Below, piece after piece: positions 47,494-58,424 of a stretch of 64,000 bases of DNA. The DNA lies in the IMG/VR virus record IMGVR_UViG_3300029705_000042; one strand, given 5' to 3'. The translations under genes were made by a program, and so were the position numbers. A model generated the notes under the pieces. The model was not told where the DNA came from and did no database searches. It saw nothing but the letters and a program-made list of their open reading frames with translations. Source of the stretch: a virus (Duplodnaviria > Caudoviricetes). Positions within the stretch are counted from its first letter, which is position 1. Each line of letters opens with the position of its first letter.

Positions 47494-50241
47494 GAACTCG
47501 TAGTTAGAGATGGAAGATTTTTTACTATCGGTGACGAAGGTGCTCAATTCTTCCATTATAAAAAAAATGATATTATATTTAATGCTGCTCAAACTGAATC
47601 TCTTTTTAAATATGGTGGCATTAAAGGTGCGAATCCAAGAGGTAAAATGCTTGCCAATGGTACTGCATTTGCTTCTGGTACTGCTTTTGCATCTGGAACT
47701 GATAGTTTCGAAGAATCTTTTGACTGGATTGAAGTGGCAATTTCTCGTCTTGAACGAGCAATCAACAATCTTGAGCAAACGATAGATAGCAGTTATAAGT
47801 CTTGGGATAGCAGAGAATCTGCTCTTGGCGAAAAGATTGGCAAACTTGGTGAAGAAATTACAAAACAAACACAAGCAAAGAATTACTATAGTGGCAAGGC
47901 TTCGAGTGCTTATAATGATTTGTCATCTTATATTAGTAATACACGCCCAGACATTGCTAATGATTTCTTAACAAAGATTGCAAAAGGTACAATTAATGTT
48001 CAAGATATTGATGACGAGAAACTTGCTGAAAAGGTAAAGGCATATCAAGATTGGTATGAAAAAGCGTTGGCAGCCGAAGACGCCGTTATTGAATTAACGG
48101 CTGAAAAAATGGATGCTTATGCTAAATATTTTGATGATGTTGTATCTGAATATGAGGGTATCCTTCAAGGTTTTGACCACACAGAAACTATGCTTGATGA
48201 ATATATTGCTCAAGCAGAAGCAAGAGGTCATATTGTAAGTAAGGATTATTATCAAGCATTAAAAGATAATAAAAACGCTGAATTGACTCAATTAAGAGCG
48301 GAACAAGCCGCATTGATTGCCGAGAGAGATAAAGCTGAAGCAAATGGTATAACAAAATATTCTGAAGAATGGTACAACATGTGTGCTGAGATAGATGGGG
48401 TTACACAGGCTATCGAAGAAGGTACCACTGCTCTTATTGAGTACGACAATGCAATGCGTGATATAGATTGGGAAGTTTTCGACTTAATGCAAGAGCGCAT
48501 TTCTGATGTTGCAGAAGAAGCTAATTTCTTAATTGACCTTATGAGTTACGACAAACTTTTTGACGACAGCGGTAAGTTAACTGATAAGGGTATGGCTACG
48601 ATGGGTCTTCACGGTCAGAACTATAATACTTATATGTATCAAGCAGATGACTATGGCGCAAAAGTTAAAGAGATTGATAATAAGATTGCGTCTGGTAAAC
48701 TTGACGGATATAGTAAAGATGTTATGGACAAGCGTCAAGAATATGCTGACTTACAACGAGAAGCAATTCTTAACGCCGAAGACGAAAAACAAGCCATCAA
48801 AGATTTGGTAGAAGAAGGCATAAACTTAGAATTAGAGGCGCTTCAAGAACGCATAGACCTTCACAATGAAGAACTTGATAGCATGAAAGACCTTTATGAT
48901 TATCAGAAAAATGTACAAGAACAAACAGAAAATATTGCTTCTTTACAAAAGCAGCTTCACGCTTATGAAGGCTTTACGGATGAAGAAACTCGTGCAACTG
49001 TTCAAAAGTTAAAGGTTGAGTTGGAATCGGCGCAGCAAGATTTGCAGGAAACAGAGTATGACAAGTATATTGCAGACCAATCCGCTCTTCTCGATGAACT
49101 CTTTCTTGAGTATGAAAATGTTCTTAACACTCGTCTTGATGATACAAACGCACTTATTACACAAGTGATTGATGCGGTTAATATTGCTGCTGGTGCAGAA
49201 GGTACTATTGCTACCGCTTTGGGTTCAGAGGGTGCAATAGCCAAAGAATTAGTGGCTAATGGTGTTACAATTAAAACTACACTTGAAAACGAAGCAAAAA
49301 GTGTAGGCGCTACTCTTTCTACTGCTATGAAGGGTATTTGGAGTGTTGATGAAGGCAATGCTAAATCCGTATTGGAATTATATGGTAAAGGTTTTCAAGA
49401 TAAGCAAACTACTACCAACTCAGTCTTGGGAGATATAAAGACTTATATTGGTAGAATGGTTGATGATGTAGATAAAGACGCACAAACGAAAACGACGGCG
49501 AACAAAACGAGCACATCCGCCAAGAAAGACCCGACTAAAAATAGTAGTAGTTCCAATAAGGCATCCCCCTCTTCTGGTGGCAACAAAACCACTGGCGGAG
49601 ATGGCAAGGTTAAAATTGGCGACAAGGTTAAGTTCCTAAGTGGCAAGTATTATTATGACTCGCAAGGCGTGACCCCCGCTGGCTCCAAAAATCACGGCAA
49701 ACAAGTTTATATCACTAATATTAATAAGAAGAGTTGGGCTACTCACCCCTATCATATTAGTACTGGCAAGAAGCTTGGCAGTGGTGATTTAGGTTGGCTT
49801 AAACTTAATCAGATTAGCGGGTATGCAACTGGTAAGAAGAATTTCTTAGACAATGAAATTGCTTGGACTCAAGAAAATGGTCAGGAGTTCATTGTAAGAC
49901 CTTCTGATGGCGCTATTCTTACTCCTATTGCTAAAGGGGATAGTGTATTGACTTCTGCTGCAAGTAGCAACATTTGGGATATGGCTAACTCCCCTGCTGA
50001 CTTCATAAAGGATAACTTGAATTTGGGTGCTACCAATGTTCCTAATAATTCTAATGTTAACAATAACACTGTGCAACATTTTGAAAATATTACCTTTAGT
50101 ATGCCCAATGTTAAGAATTACGAACAACTTCTGTCCGAAATGCAGAAGGATAAATCGTTTGAAAAATTGATATTGGCAATGACTGTTGACAGAATTGCTG
50201 GTGGCAGTTCCTTGGCTAAAAATAAGTCTATTAGAAAATAA
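47494..50241 (+). CDS. Tape measure protein, exon 3 (coiled coil + SH3-like C-terminal domain)
   Basis: ELVVRDG start; FDWIEV; GDKVK..YYDS..HPYHI..LGW; GYATG..AWTQENG. Confidence 0.85.
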   Translation, partial: ELVVRDGRFFTIGDEGAQFFHYKKNDIIFNAAQTESLFKYGGIKGANPRGKMLANGTAFASGTAFASGTDSFEESFDWIEVAISRLERAINNLEQTIDSSYKSWDSRESALGEKIGKLGEEITKQTQAKNYYSGKASSAYNDLSSYISNTRPDIANDFLTKIAKGTINVQDIDDEKLAEKVKAYQDWYEKALAAEDAVIELTAEKMDAYAKYFDDVVSEYEGILQGFDHTETMLDEYIAQAEARGHIVSKDYYQALKDNKNAELTQLRAEQAALIAERDKAEANGITKYSEEWYNMCAEIDGVTQAIEEGTTALIEYDNAMRDIDWEVFDLMQERISDVAEEANFLIDLMSYDKLFDDSGKLTDKGMATMGLHGQNYNTYMYQADDYGAKVKEIDNKIASGKLDGYSKDVMDKRQEYADLQREAILNAEDEKQAIKDLVEEGINLELEALQERIDLHNEELDSMKDLYDYQKNVQEQTENIASLQKQLHAYEGFTDEETRATVQKLKVELESAQQDLQETEYDKYIADQSALLDELFLEYENVLNTRLDDTNALITQVIDAVNIAAGAEGTIATALGSEGAIAKELVANGVTIKTTLENEAKSVGATLSTAMKGIWSVDEGNAKSVLELYGKGFQDKQTTTNSVLGDIKTYIGRMVDDVDKDAQTKTTANKTSTSAKKDPTKNSSSSNKASPSSGGNKTTGGDGKVKIGDKVKFLSGKYYYDSQGVTPAGSKNHGKQVYITNINKKSWATHPYHISTGKKLGSGDLGWLKLNQISGYATGKKNFLDNEIAWTQENGQEFIVRPSDGAILTPIAKGDSVLTSAASSNIWDMANSPADFIKDNLNLGATNVPNNSNVNNNTVQHFENITFSMPNVKNYEQLLSEMQKDKSFEKLILAMTVDRIAGGSSLAKNKSIRK

Positions 50242-50320
50242 TTTGATTTTTTAGAGAGATGCACACCGATGCATCTCTCTAATCTTTGTGGTGAAATTTA
50301 ATAATTGGAGGTTGACCGAT

Positions 50321-51232
50321 ATGTTGAAAAAGAAAACGCACGAAGAATATGTTGTCGAAGCTGGATTAAAAAATCCGAATATTGAAGTTATCGGTCAATA
50401 TATTGGTGCCAATATAAAAATTAAACATCGCTGTAAAATATGTGGGTTTGAATGGGATATAAGACCTGCCCATGTGTTAAATGGGATTGAATGTAAACAA
50501 TGCATTGTGCATCGTAGGAAGAAAACATATGAACATTATAAATCTGAAGTTGCTCTTATTAATCCAAATATTGAAGTGATTGAAGAATATCAAAATTCTT
50601 TTACAAAAATTAAGCATCGTTGCAAAAAATGCGGAAATGAATGGTTGGCAACTCCGCATAATATACTTAAAGGAAGGGGCTGTCCAGAATGTTGTTTTCG
50701 TTTGCATCCTTCAAAAACAAAAAAGGAACATATTGATATATTAAAAACACTTAGTCCACATATTGAATTAGTCGGAGATTATGTGAGTGCCAGAAAGAAA
50801 ACTTTGTATCGTTGTTTGCAGTGTGGCAATGAGTGGCTGGCATTTCCGACAAATATGTTGGCTGGCTATGGATGTCCAGAGTGTGCCGCAAGTTCTGGAG
50901 AGCAACGCATAAAACAATGGTTGTTTGATTTTGGGTTTAAATATGAGTTTCAAAAACGATTTGAAGATTGTAAAGATAAAAAACAATTACCTTTTGATTT
51001 TTATTTACCAGATTATAATTGTTGCATAGAATACGATGGTCGTCAACATTTTCAAGCAATTGAATATTGGGGCGGCGAAGAAGTTTTTCAACTAACGCAA
51101 TTTCATGACCAAATTAAAAACGATTATTGCAAAGAAAATAATATACGCCTCATCCGTATTAAATATGATGAGGATGTATCTGAGGTTTTAAGTAATGCAT
51201 TTGGATTAGTCATGTTAAATAAAGCGTTATAA
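50321..51232 (+). CDS. Free-standing endonuclease paralogous to the intron ORFs
   Basis: Three HRCKxCG.EW..GCPEC-type repeats; LPFDFYLP..IEYDGRQH..HDQIKN. Confidence 0.85.
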   Translation: MLKKKTHEEYVVEAGLKNPNIEVIGQYIGANIKIKHRCKICGFEWDIRPAHVLNGIECKQCIVHRRKKTYEHYKSEVALINPNIEVIEEYQNSFTKIKHRCKKCGNEWLATPHNILKGRGCPECCFRLHPSKTKKEHIDILKTLSPHIELVGDYVSARKKTLYRCLQCGNEWLAFPTNMLAGYGCPECAASSGEQRIKQWLFDFGFKYEFQKRFEDCKDKKQLPFDFYLPDYNCCIEYDGRQHFQAIEYWGGEEVFQLTQFHDQIKNDYCKENNIRLIRIKYDEDVSEVLSNAFGLVMLNKAL

Positions 51233-51365
51233 CTAATAAATTTATAAATATATGGATGTTATAGGGAGTGTAAAATATGCAATGAAAATATACAGATTTT
51301 GTACTCCCCTCTTATGTAAAAGGTGCAAATAATGCACCTTATTTTAACTTATGAGGTGCAAGAAA

Positions 51366-51674
51366 ATGAATGAAAAGAATAAAAGATATGAAAAGAGACT
51401 GGCGTTTCAACAGAAAATGATTACTCGTCAATCCGAACAGATTGATGATTTAAAATTTAAAAATGAAAAACTTGAGCAAAAGCTTAGGGAAAAAGATGAA
51501 TTTATTATGTCGATTGAAACAATGAGAAAAGAAATGACAGAAAATCTCAAAGAACAAAAACGATTAAAAAATGAATATAAAGAACTTATTTTAGAACTGA
51601 AAAAAATGAAGAGTATAATGAATCAGACCGTATTCCGAGGTAGATGGTGGTTAATTAAACTCTTATTAAAATAG
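51366..51674 (+). CDS. Coiled-coil hypothetical protein
   Basis: ORF track; GAGGTG RBS. Confidence 0.7.
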   Translation: MNEKNKRYEKRLAFQQKMITRQSEQIDDLKFKNEKLEQKLREKDEFIMSIETMRKEMTENLKEQKRLKNEYKELILELKKMKSIMNQTVFRGRWWLIKLLLK

Positions 51675-51708
51675 ATAAAATTATAAAGAAAGGAGATGAA
51701 CGAAGGCT

Positions 51709-52671
51709 ATGAAAGCATACGACTTCGAATGCGACAAAAGGCGTTTGAGCGAGTTTGGTTATATCCTCTGTTCTTTTGGCGACAAAGGACTTGAAACTGT
51801 ATCTGATGGTTGTGATATAACATTTAACACAATTCCAACTATGTACGGTTTAAAACACAACCTTATAAGTACTCAGTATGAAGATTGTCTGGAGACCACA
51901 TTGCAAATATGTAAACACTCTTGTAATGGTGGTATTCAAGAAATAACTGAATCAGAGCATAGAGAACTCACCAAATGGCTTGGCAGACGAAAATTCTTAA
52001 AATTCAAAATCCTTGATGAAAGCCATATTGACCTCTATTATGAGGCTGCCTTTGGTATTAGTAAAATCGAAATAGACGGTAAGTTATTTGGTTTTGAATT
52101 GGAAGTAAAAACCAATCGCCCCTTTGCCCTTAAAGAGCCACGAACAATTAATGTTGTTTGTGAAGAAGGCAAGGAAGTTTATGGTTGGAAAAAATATCAG
52201 ACCGACCCTGAGATTACTATGCTCGGATATGTCACTTCGACCGACGAAAATGCTTATCCCCAAGGAAAAGTTGATGAAAATGATAATATCATAGAAGGCG
52301 CTCATACAGACGGCTATCAATATGTAACACTTGGCAAAGTTTATAAGGCTTCTCTAAATGATACTTCTTATGAAGAAGGATATATTTATCCTGAAATGGA
52401 AATTACAATCAAAAAAGACGGCGATTTGAGAATCCATAATGCTATGGAAAACAGAGAAACTTATATTGCCAACTGTAAAGTCAATGAAGTTATAACTTTT
52501 GATTATCCTGTTATTCGGTCTTCTGATTCATCTCACATTATACAAAACGATTTTAACTGGACTTTCTTTAGAATTGCGAATACTTACGATAACAGCAGAA
52601 ATGATTTAGTTATCTCCCTCCCATGCTTTATCAAAATCAAGTATTCACCCATTGTTAAAGTTGGTATTTAA
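51709..52671 (+). CDS. Distal tail protein (Dit)
   Basis: Follows TMP; DF....RLSEFG, NRPFA and YIYPEMEI patterns. Confidence 0.7.
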   Translation: MKAYDFECDKRRLSEFGYILCSFGDKGLETVSDGCDITFNTIPTMYGLKHNLISTQYEDCLETTLQICKHSCNGGIQEITESEHRELTKWLGRRKFLKFKILDESHIDLYYEAAFGISKIEIDGKLFGFELEVKTNRPFALKEPRTINVVCEEGKEVYGWKKYQTDPEITMLGYVTSTDENAYPQGKVDENDNIIEGAHTDGYQYVTLGKVYKASLNDTSYEEGYIYPEMEITIKKDGDLRIHNAMENRETYIANCKVNEVITFDYPVIRSSDSSHIIQNDFNWTFFRIANTYDNSRNDLVISLPCFIKIKYSPIVKVGI

Positions 52672-52683
52672 GGTGGTGATATT

Positions 52684-55600
52684 ATGGCTATTAATCTAAA
52701 ATTTGATTTAATGGGTAATCCAGAGCCACCTTCGATAGTGCTGGCAAATCGTAATGGAAACAAATTAGGACAATTGGATGTAGATGCTAAAAGCATTGAT
52801 GTGAAAGACCTTCTTGAGACATCTGAATTTACATTTACATTAAATAAATATGTGGACGGCAAACTCACAAACTTATGGGATAAAGTTGTCGATTTCAAAC
52901 TCGTATACTGTCCAGAATGGGATTTATGGTATGGCATCAAGGTTGAACTTGATGAAGCAACCGAAACTGTTAAGACGGTGTTTTGTACTCAGTTAGGGCA
53001 AGAAGAATTGTCTCAGATAAGAGTATATAATGTCGAAATTAATACAGAAGCAGACATTGCAAGAGACGATTATAAAATAAGTATTTTATATGACGAAGAT
53101 AATCCTGATGCTTCAATCTTGCATAGAGTAATGTCAAAAGCTCCCCACTATTCTATCGCTTATATAGACGAAAGTCTTAAAAGAATACAAAAGAGTTTTT
53201 CTTTTGACGACGCTTCTATCTGCGATGTCTTTGACAAGATTGAAGAAGAAGTTGGATGCTTAGTTGTCTATAATTCTAATTCCGATAAAAACGGAATGCC
53301 AAAGAGAGATGTGTCAATTTATGATTTGCTTCAAAATTGTAAGAATCCCAATTGCAAGCATAGAGGTGAGTTTACTGATAAGTGCCCCAAATGTGGCGGC
53401 ACAGACATTGACTATGGTTATGGTGAAGATACTACAATCTTTGTGACTTCAGACGAACTTGCCACCGAGGGTATTCAACTCGTGACAGATACAGATTCGG
53501 TTAAGAACTGTTTTAAACTTGAAGCTGGCGATGATTTGATGACGGCAACTGTCCGCAACTGCAATCCAAATGGCTCTGACTATATTTGGTATTTTTCTGA
53601 TGCAGTTAAAGAAGATATGTCAAAAGAATTGGTTGAAGCAATAGAGGGTTATGATGCCAAGTATAAAGAATATTATGAGTCTCATATTTCTAACTTAGAC
53701 ACAAATTTAGTAAGTCAATACAACGCTCTTGTAAATAAATATGGACAATATTATAATACCAAATCAACCTGTATAAATTGTAAGTACGAAGGATATTTTG
53801 AAGATGAATGTCCCTCGTGTCATAGCGCAAGCATTTTAACAGGAAGAAGTCTACAAACTATTGATACACCAATTACTGGTTATCCTGCCTTGATGAATGC
53901 TTATTACAATACGATTGATTTAGCTTTGTATCTTGAGTCTGGTCTTATGCCAAGTATTGAAATAAGCAAAACAAGCGCAAAAGAACAATTGGATTTGTTG
54001 ACCACCTCTTCCCTCTCTCCTGTTGCTGTTAATGTAGAGAATATAAATAATGTATCTTTAGCAACCGCTAATAGCGCTGTATTGTCTATGGCAAAGGTTG
54101 TTGTTAAGCCGACTTATAAAGTTCAAATCAAAACATCCGAACTTTCTGCCGATAAGAAACTTTGGCAAGGTCAATTTATTGTTACCAATTATTCTGACGA
54201 AAATGACACGGCTTCTAGTGACGACAATGAGTACACTAATGTAACAATTAATAATGATACAAAAGAATTTATACAACAAAAAATAGAAAAGGCATTAAAC
54301 AAGGAAAATACAGATGATTATAGTATTTCTGGTTTGTTTGAAAAAGATTATGATGATTTTTGTGCAGAATTAAAAAAATATGCACTTAACCCATTGAATA
54401 GTTTTTATGACGCTTGCGATGCTTGCCTTAATATATTGGTGGAACAAGGCGTTGGAAGTCCAAATGAGGATTCTGACGAAAACACCAATGAAGATTCGGA
54501 TTTATATAAAGAGTTGTATGAACCTTATTATAACAAATCTGTTGCTATCGCAAACGAAATAAAACTCAGAGAAAATGAAATTGCTATAATCAAAGGTGTC
54601 TATAATAAGGATGAAGAAAGTGACAAGCCAGATATTGATGGTTTGCAGACCAACATTATAGATTGTCGAAATGCAATTCAAGAAGAATTAAATTTTGAAA
54701 AGTATTTGGGCGAAAGTTTATGGTTAGAATTTTGCGCTTATCGTAGAGAAGATAAATATTCAAATAGTAACTATGTTTCTGATGGCTTAAATAATGCAGA
54801 ACTATTTGAAAAAGCAAATGAGTTTATTGAAGTTGCAGAACAAGAGATTTTTAAATCCGCTGAATTACAGCATTCTATTTCTGCCACTCTAAACAATCTG
54901 CTGTCTCACCCAAAATTCAAGCGCCTACTTAAATATTTTAAAACTGGAAACTGGATAAGAGTTCAAGTTGACGACAAGGTTTATAAGTTGAGGTTACTTG
55001 AATATAATTTTAATTATGGCGATTTAGAAAACATACCTGTTGAATTTTCAGATGTAACTAAAATTAAAAATGGCACAACCGATGTGCAAGATATCTTTTC
55101 ACAAGCGGCTTCTATGGCTTCGTCCTATGATTCGGTTCAAAGACAAGCTAAGAAAGGTAATGTGGCAAGAAGCACCATTGACCAATGGTTGGTTGATGGA
55201 TTGAATGCTGCTAATGTGCAAATACAAAGTAATAACAGCGAAGAAATTTTGCTTACTAAGAACGGTTTATTGGCTCGTTCTTATAGTGATATTACAGGAA
55301 CATATTCGCCTGAACAGTTAAAGATAACTCATAACATTATGGCTTATACCGATGATAATTGGCAAACGGTAAGACAATCTATTGGTAAGCACGAATATAA
55401 ATATTTTGACCAAAGTGAAGATAAACTTGTTAATACAACGGGATATGGAATGAATGCTGATTTTGCTAACGCTGCTGTACTTTGTGGTTCACAGATGATT
55501 GGCGGTGATATATATTCTAACAATTATTCTAAGACTGTTGTTGATGGCAAAACAATTATTACTGGTTCTCACATAGACCTTGAGGAAGGTAATTTTAGTC

Positions 55601-57231
55601 TTGCTGGTGGTAAACTGTCATACGATGGCGGAGAATTAATCATTGTTGGCAATATTGAAGTTACCACTGCTGGTAGAATTGGTTGCTGGGACATTAATGA
55701 GACTTCAATATACAAAGATTCTGCTGCTTTTGGCGATACCAATGGTATGTATTTTGGTGTACAAGGTTTAAGTCTTGGAGATGATTTTAAGGTTGAACCA
55801 TCTGGTCTTGCTACAATGACCAATGCCAATGTGAGTGGCACTATTACTGCCTCTGATATCATAGGCAATAATATTGAAGGTGGCACTATTACTGGTACCA
55901 AAATTAATGGTGTTGATATTACTGCTGGTAGTACATTGAAGGTTGGCGAACAAAAAGATGAAGAAGGAAATGTTGTTGGCTATAATACTTGGATTTCAGA
56001 AGATGGAACATTAACTGCGGACTATGCCAGCATTGGCGGCGAGATACGGGCTGCAAGCGGTTCTATTGGCGGCTTTACTATTGAGACCACTGAAATCGAA
56101 GAAGACGGAAGCAAGTCTGGCGGTTGGTTATATAGCGGTGAATTTATTGGTTCTGATAAAAGCATATTTTTGAGTGCAACCGATATGAATGGTTCCGCTG
56201 GCTTTTTTGAAAATGATAATAGAGACGACGGCGATGAAATTAATGATTGGCGGTTGGCTATTGGCAGTCGTTTTGGTGTAACAAGAGACGGTTCTTTATA
56301 TACCAGCAATTGTACGATTACGGGTGGCTCTTTGAAAATTGAGAGTAGTGAAGGCGGATATCATACTTGGATTTCAGAAGAGGGTGTATTAAATGCTAAT
56401 GGCGTTAATATTAGCGGAGCAATAAACGCCGTTGAAGGTTCAATTGGCGGTTGGCAAATTAAGTCAAATAGATTGCATAATTCGTTTAGTGGACAAGGTG
56501 GGGTTTATGATGTTGGATTGTCAAATATTAGAGTTAAATATAGCGAAGTTTGTCATGTGATTGGTATTGGCGACTACGGAGACTCTTTACAAGAACAGTC
56601 AGCAAATATAGGCGATTGCGTTATTGATACATATGATGATTCTAATATTATGTATATGTATGATTTGTATGGATGGGTTAGTTATGGAAACGCCTCAGAC
56701 TATGAATGTTTATATGCCAAAAACGATATTGCTTATGGCAATATAACTATTACTGCAGATACAAACTTTATATGGGAAGACAACGAACCTGTTCCGATAT
56801 CTGTTGTAGACCCTACTGAAAGACTGTTTTATGTTCGTGCAACTTCAACAAATAATGGCACTATAAAGTATCCATTTTATATAACAGGTGAAGGTTATTT
56901 ATATTCTGAAAATGCCAATATCGAAGGTACAATTAATGCTACTTATGGAAACATTGGTGGATGGCTTATTGATGGTAATTCTTTAATAGGCGATGGAGTT
57001 GGTATGAGTAGCAAAGATTCAGACTATGTGTTTTGGGCTGGAAACGACAAGGCAGAGCTGTCACCTTTTCGAATAAATAATGATGGCGAAGTTCACGCAA
57101 CAACGCTGACATTCACAGAACATAGTTTTACACTGAATAAAAAGGTGTATGCATTTTCAAGCCTTGACGAATTATGCGCTCAGCTTGCACTTGCAATGGA
57201 AGTTATAGATAATGACATTTTGCCATCATAA
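52684..57231 (+). CDS. Tail tip / Tal-like protein with C-terminal beta-repeat region
   Basis: 1515 aa after Dit; GSIGGF/W repeats; two CxxC..CPxC ribbons. Confidence 0.7.
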   Translation: MAINLKFDLMGNPEPPSIVLANRNGNKLGQLDVDAKSIDVKDLLETSEFTFTLNKYVDGKLTNLWDKVVDFKLVYCPEWDLWYGIKVELDEATETVKTVFCTQLGQEELSQIRVYNVEINTEADIARDDYKISILYDEDNPDASILHRVMSKAPHYSIAYIDESLKRIQKSFSFDDASICDVFDKIEEEVGCLVVYNSNSDKNGMPKRDVSIYDLLQNCKNPNCKHRGEFTDKCPKCGGTDIDYGYGEDTTIFVTSDELATEGIQLVTDTDSVKNCFKLEAGDDLMTATVRNCNPNGSDYIWYFSDAVKEDMSKELVEAIEGYDAKYKEYYESHISNLDTNLVSQYNALVNKYGQYYNTKSTCINCKYEGYFEDECPSCHSASILTGRSLQTIDTPITGYPALMNAYYNTIDLALYLESGLMPSIEISKTSAKEQLDLLTTSSLSPVAVNVENINNVSLATANSAVLSMAKVVVKPTYKVQIKTSELSADKKLWQGQFIVTNYSDENDTASSDDNEYTNVTINNDTKEFIQQKIEKALNKENTDDYSISGLFEKDYDDFCAELKKYALNPLNSFYDACDACLNILVEQGVGSPNEDSDENTNEDSDLYKELYEPYYNKSVAIANEIKLRENEIAIIKGVYNKDEESDKPDIDGLQTNIIDCRNAIQEELNFEKYLGESLWLEFCAYRREDKYSNSNYVSDGLNNAELFEKANEFIEVAEQEIFKSAELQHSISATLNNLLSHPKFKRLLKYFKTGNWIRVQVDDKVYKLRLLEYNFNYGDLENIPVEFSDVTKIKNGTTDVQDIFSQAASMASSYDSVQRQAKKGNVARSTIDQWLVDGLNAANVQIQSNNSEEILLTKNGLLARSYSDITGTYSPEQLKITHNIMAYTDDNWQTVRQSIGKHEYKYFDQSEDKLVNTTGYGMNADFANAAVLCGSQMIGGDIYSNNYSKTVVDGKTIITGSHIDLEEGNFSLAGGKLSYDGGELIIVGNIEVTTAGRIGCWDINETSIYKDSAAFGDTNGMYFGVQGLSLGDDFKVEPSGLATMTNANVSGTITASDIIGNNIEGGTITGTKINGVDITAGSTLKVGEQKDEEGNVVGYNTWISEDGTLTADYASIGGEIRAASGSIGGFTIETTEIEEDGSKSGGWLYSGEFIGSDKSIFLSATDMNGSAGFFENDNRDDGDEINDWRLAIGSRFGVTRDGSLYTSNCTITGGSLKIESSEGGYHTWISEEGVLNANGVNISGAINAVEGSIGGWQIKSNRLHNSFSGQGGVYDVGLSNIRVKYSEVCHVIGIGDYGDSLQEQSANIGDCVIDTYDDSNIMYMYDLYGWVSYGNASDYECLYAKNDIAYGNITITADTNFIWEDNEPVPISVVDPTERLFYVRATSTNNGTIKYPFYITGEGYLYSENANIEGTINATYGNIGGWLIDGNSLIGDGVGMSSKDSDYVFWAGNDKAELSPFRINNDGEVHATTLTFTEHSFTLNKKVYAFSSLDELCAQLALAMEVIDNDILPS

Positions 57232-57298
57232 TATCATAAATTTATATTGTGGTATTTATAGGATAATATAAGGTGTTAGAATAACTGGAGGTAGAAAA

Positions 57299-57526
57299 AT
57301 GAATAAACCACTTACTATGGTTATAAAAGAAACCAAAAATAAATTAGCAAATATCTGCAATGAATCTGGACTTTCGCCTATTGTTTTAGATTTAATTATG
57401 CAAGGAATTTATTCCGAAATTCATTCTCTTGCTGAAAGACAGACAACAGAAGAAGAAGCGGCTTATGTAAAAATGCTTGAAGACGCTTCTAAGAAAACAG
57501 AAGTTGCAGATAAGCACATAGATTAA
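57299..57526 (+). CDS. Small hypothetical protein
   Basis: ORF track; GGAGG RBS. Confidence 0.7.
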   Translation: MNKPLTMVIKETKNKLANICNESGLSPIVLDLIMQGIYSEIHSLAERQTTEEEAAYVKMLEDASKKTEVADKHID

Positions 57527-57582
57527 ACAAAATAATTACTGTGAATTAATAATAAAAACTAATTAAGATTGGTGGAATTTTT

Positions 57583-58299
57583 GTGGTAAAAATCGGATTG
57601 GATGCGGGTCACGGATTATTGACTTGTGGAAAAGAAACGCCTAACAAAATTAAAGAATGGTCACTCAATGATAAAATTGCGGATAAGATTGCTTCTATTC
57701 TTAAAGATTATGATTGTAAAATTATTCGTACAGATAACAATGAAGGTTATATAGACGAATCTCTATCTTCAAGACTGGCGAAATATAAAGCTGAAAAAGT
57801 TGATGTATTTGTTTCAATTCACCATAATGCTTTTGGTGATGATTGGAATAATGCTACTGGCGTAGAAATATATGTAGATAAAAATGCTACTTCTAAAGAT
57901 ATGCAACTTGCTAAGTATATATATAATAGGTTGGTTAAATATACGGGTCTTAAAGGTAGGGGTATTAAGAAAGAAAATTTTTATGTTATTAATCAAAATG
58001 TCATTCCTGCCATCCTTGTGGAAGGGGGATTCATGAATGGGCGTAGTGACTATAAGATTATCACTTCTGATGCTGGGCAAACTGCTTACGCTAAAGCTGT
58101 TGCTGAAGGTCTTATTGAGTTTTTGAAATTAAAAAAGAAGCCTCTCTCCCTTAAGAAATCTCTTGATGATTGGGCGAAAGAGGTTGTTGCTGGTAAACAC
58201 GGTAATGGACATACGAAAAGACAAGCTTCTTTGAAAAAAGCTGGTTGTACTTATCCGTATGAAAAGGTAAGAGCAAGAGTTAACGAACTCTTAAAATAG
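57583..58299 (+). CDS. Endolysin: N-acetylmuramoyl-L-alanine amidase (Amidase_3) with CW_7-like repeat
   Basis: LDAGHG, E, SIHHNA, LVEGGFM; AKEVVAGKHGNG..R..L..AG..YEKVRARVN. Confidence 0.9.
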   Translation: MVKIGLDAGHGLLTCGKETPNKIKEWSLNDKIADKIASILKDYDCKIIRTDNNEGYIDESLSSRLAKYKAEKVDVFVSIHHNAFGDDWNNATGVEIYVDKNATSKDMQLAKYIYNRLVKYTGLKGRGIKKENFYVINQNVIPAILVEGGFMNGRSDYKIITSDAGQTAYAKAVAEGLIEFLKLKKKPLSLKKSLDDWAKEVVAGKHGNGHTKRQASLKKAGCTYPYEKVRARVNELLK

Positions 58300-58424
58300 T
58301 TATTTTATTAACTAATAAATATATATAAACAGAGGGTAAATATAATTTACCCTCCCCCCCCTTACAGACATCTCATATTCCAAAGGTGTCTACAAAAAAT
58401 AATGAAAGGAGACTTGGATGTGAG

